Part shown: positions 63,726-64,000 of the stretch, in pieces
Layout: the number at the start of each line of letters is the position of its first letter
Position numbering within the stretch: the stretch's first letter is position 1
Assembly: GCA_016787995.1 (NCBI GenBank)
Contig: JAEUTB010000111.1
Coordinates: forward strand, 14,775-78,774
DNA length: 64,000 nucleotides
Direction of reading: 5' to 3'
DNA from: Flavobacteriales bacterium
GTDB taxonomy: Bacteria > Bacteroidota > Bacteroidia > Flavobacteriales_F > PHOS-HE28
Translations under genes and position numbers: made by a program
Notes under the pieces: generated by a model
What the model was told of the DNA's origin: nothing
Databases searched by the model: none
Seen by the model: only the letters and a program-made list of their open reading frames with translations

Positions 63726-64000
63726 GCGACCTGTTCGTCACCATCACCATCAGCACGCTCATCGTGTTGCTCTTCCTCGGATTGGTGGTCACACTGCTCG
63801 TGCTCAACAACGCGCGCCGCATCCGCCACCGCGCCGAAGTGGCGGAGCTGCGCCAGCAACAGGACCGCGCCGTGATGGACGCCGAACGTGAAGCCACACG
63901 CCACACCCTGCGCGAGCTGGGCAACGAGCTGCACGATAATGTGGGGCAGTTGCTGGTGGTGTCGCAACTCGGGGTGAACACGGTGGTGGACGAATTGGGT
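63722..64000 (+). CDS. sensor histidine kinase (HisKA_3/NarX-DesK type), N-terminal fragment; 3' end lies outside the window
   Basis: This ORF is not in the track because it runs off the window. My own translation is MSDLFVTITISTLIVLLFLGLVVTLLVLNN...RELGNELHDNVGQLLVVSQL. It has a TM helix followed by an ELHDxxGQxL H-box. Confidence 0.8.
   Translation, partial: MSDLFVTITISTLIVLLFLGLVVTLLVLNNARRIRHRAEVAELRQQQDRAVMDAEREATRHTLRELGNELHDNVGQLLVVSQLGVNTVVDELG

Overview
This is a high-GC Bacteroidota-type chromosomal segment. The assignment rests on many T9SS C-terminal sorting domains, a gliding-motility type-B CTD adhesin, an ECF sigma factor and CCACC-rich leaders without Shine-Dalgarno sequences.

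Positions 1-27.5 kb are ordinary core and accessory genes: rsmG, an ECF sigma factor, a GT2 glycosyltransferase, GNAT, NRDE and OmpA-family proteins, about nine T9SS-secreted proteins, and three tandem TPR/TM/class-III nucleotide cyclase paralogues.

Positions ~27.8-51.95 kb are a visibly more AT-rich island of 16 co-directional minus-strand genes. I found no integrase or tRNA in it. It appears to hold several defence-type modules:
- an Upf1-like SF1 helicase with a HEPN (AbiU2-like) protein;
- a nuclease cluster of DUF262-HNH, an Rx4H-motif protein and a PD-(D/E)XK protein;
- a ~1180-aa gamma-class N6-adenine methyltransferase with a PLD-SNF2 helicase;
- a seven-gene, membrane-centred module built around a 1428-aa KAP/PifA-type P-loop NTPase (hydrophobic helices inserted between Walker A and Walker B) and a patatin-like phospholipase. 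This is the most unusual module, and I cannot match it to any named system.

Positions 52-64 kb return to high GC. They contain an M19-like hydrolase / DUF900 hydrolase / membrane protein / SH3-CHAP operon, two LuxR-type response regulators (one lacking the phospho-acceptor Asp), a perfectly phased 21-bp x ~17 tandem array, an FN3 protein, a GNAT protein, membrane proteins and the start of a HisKA_3 sensor kinase.

All calls rest on reading motifs in the supplied translations. No database search was possible.
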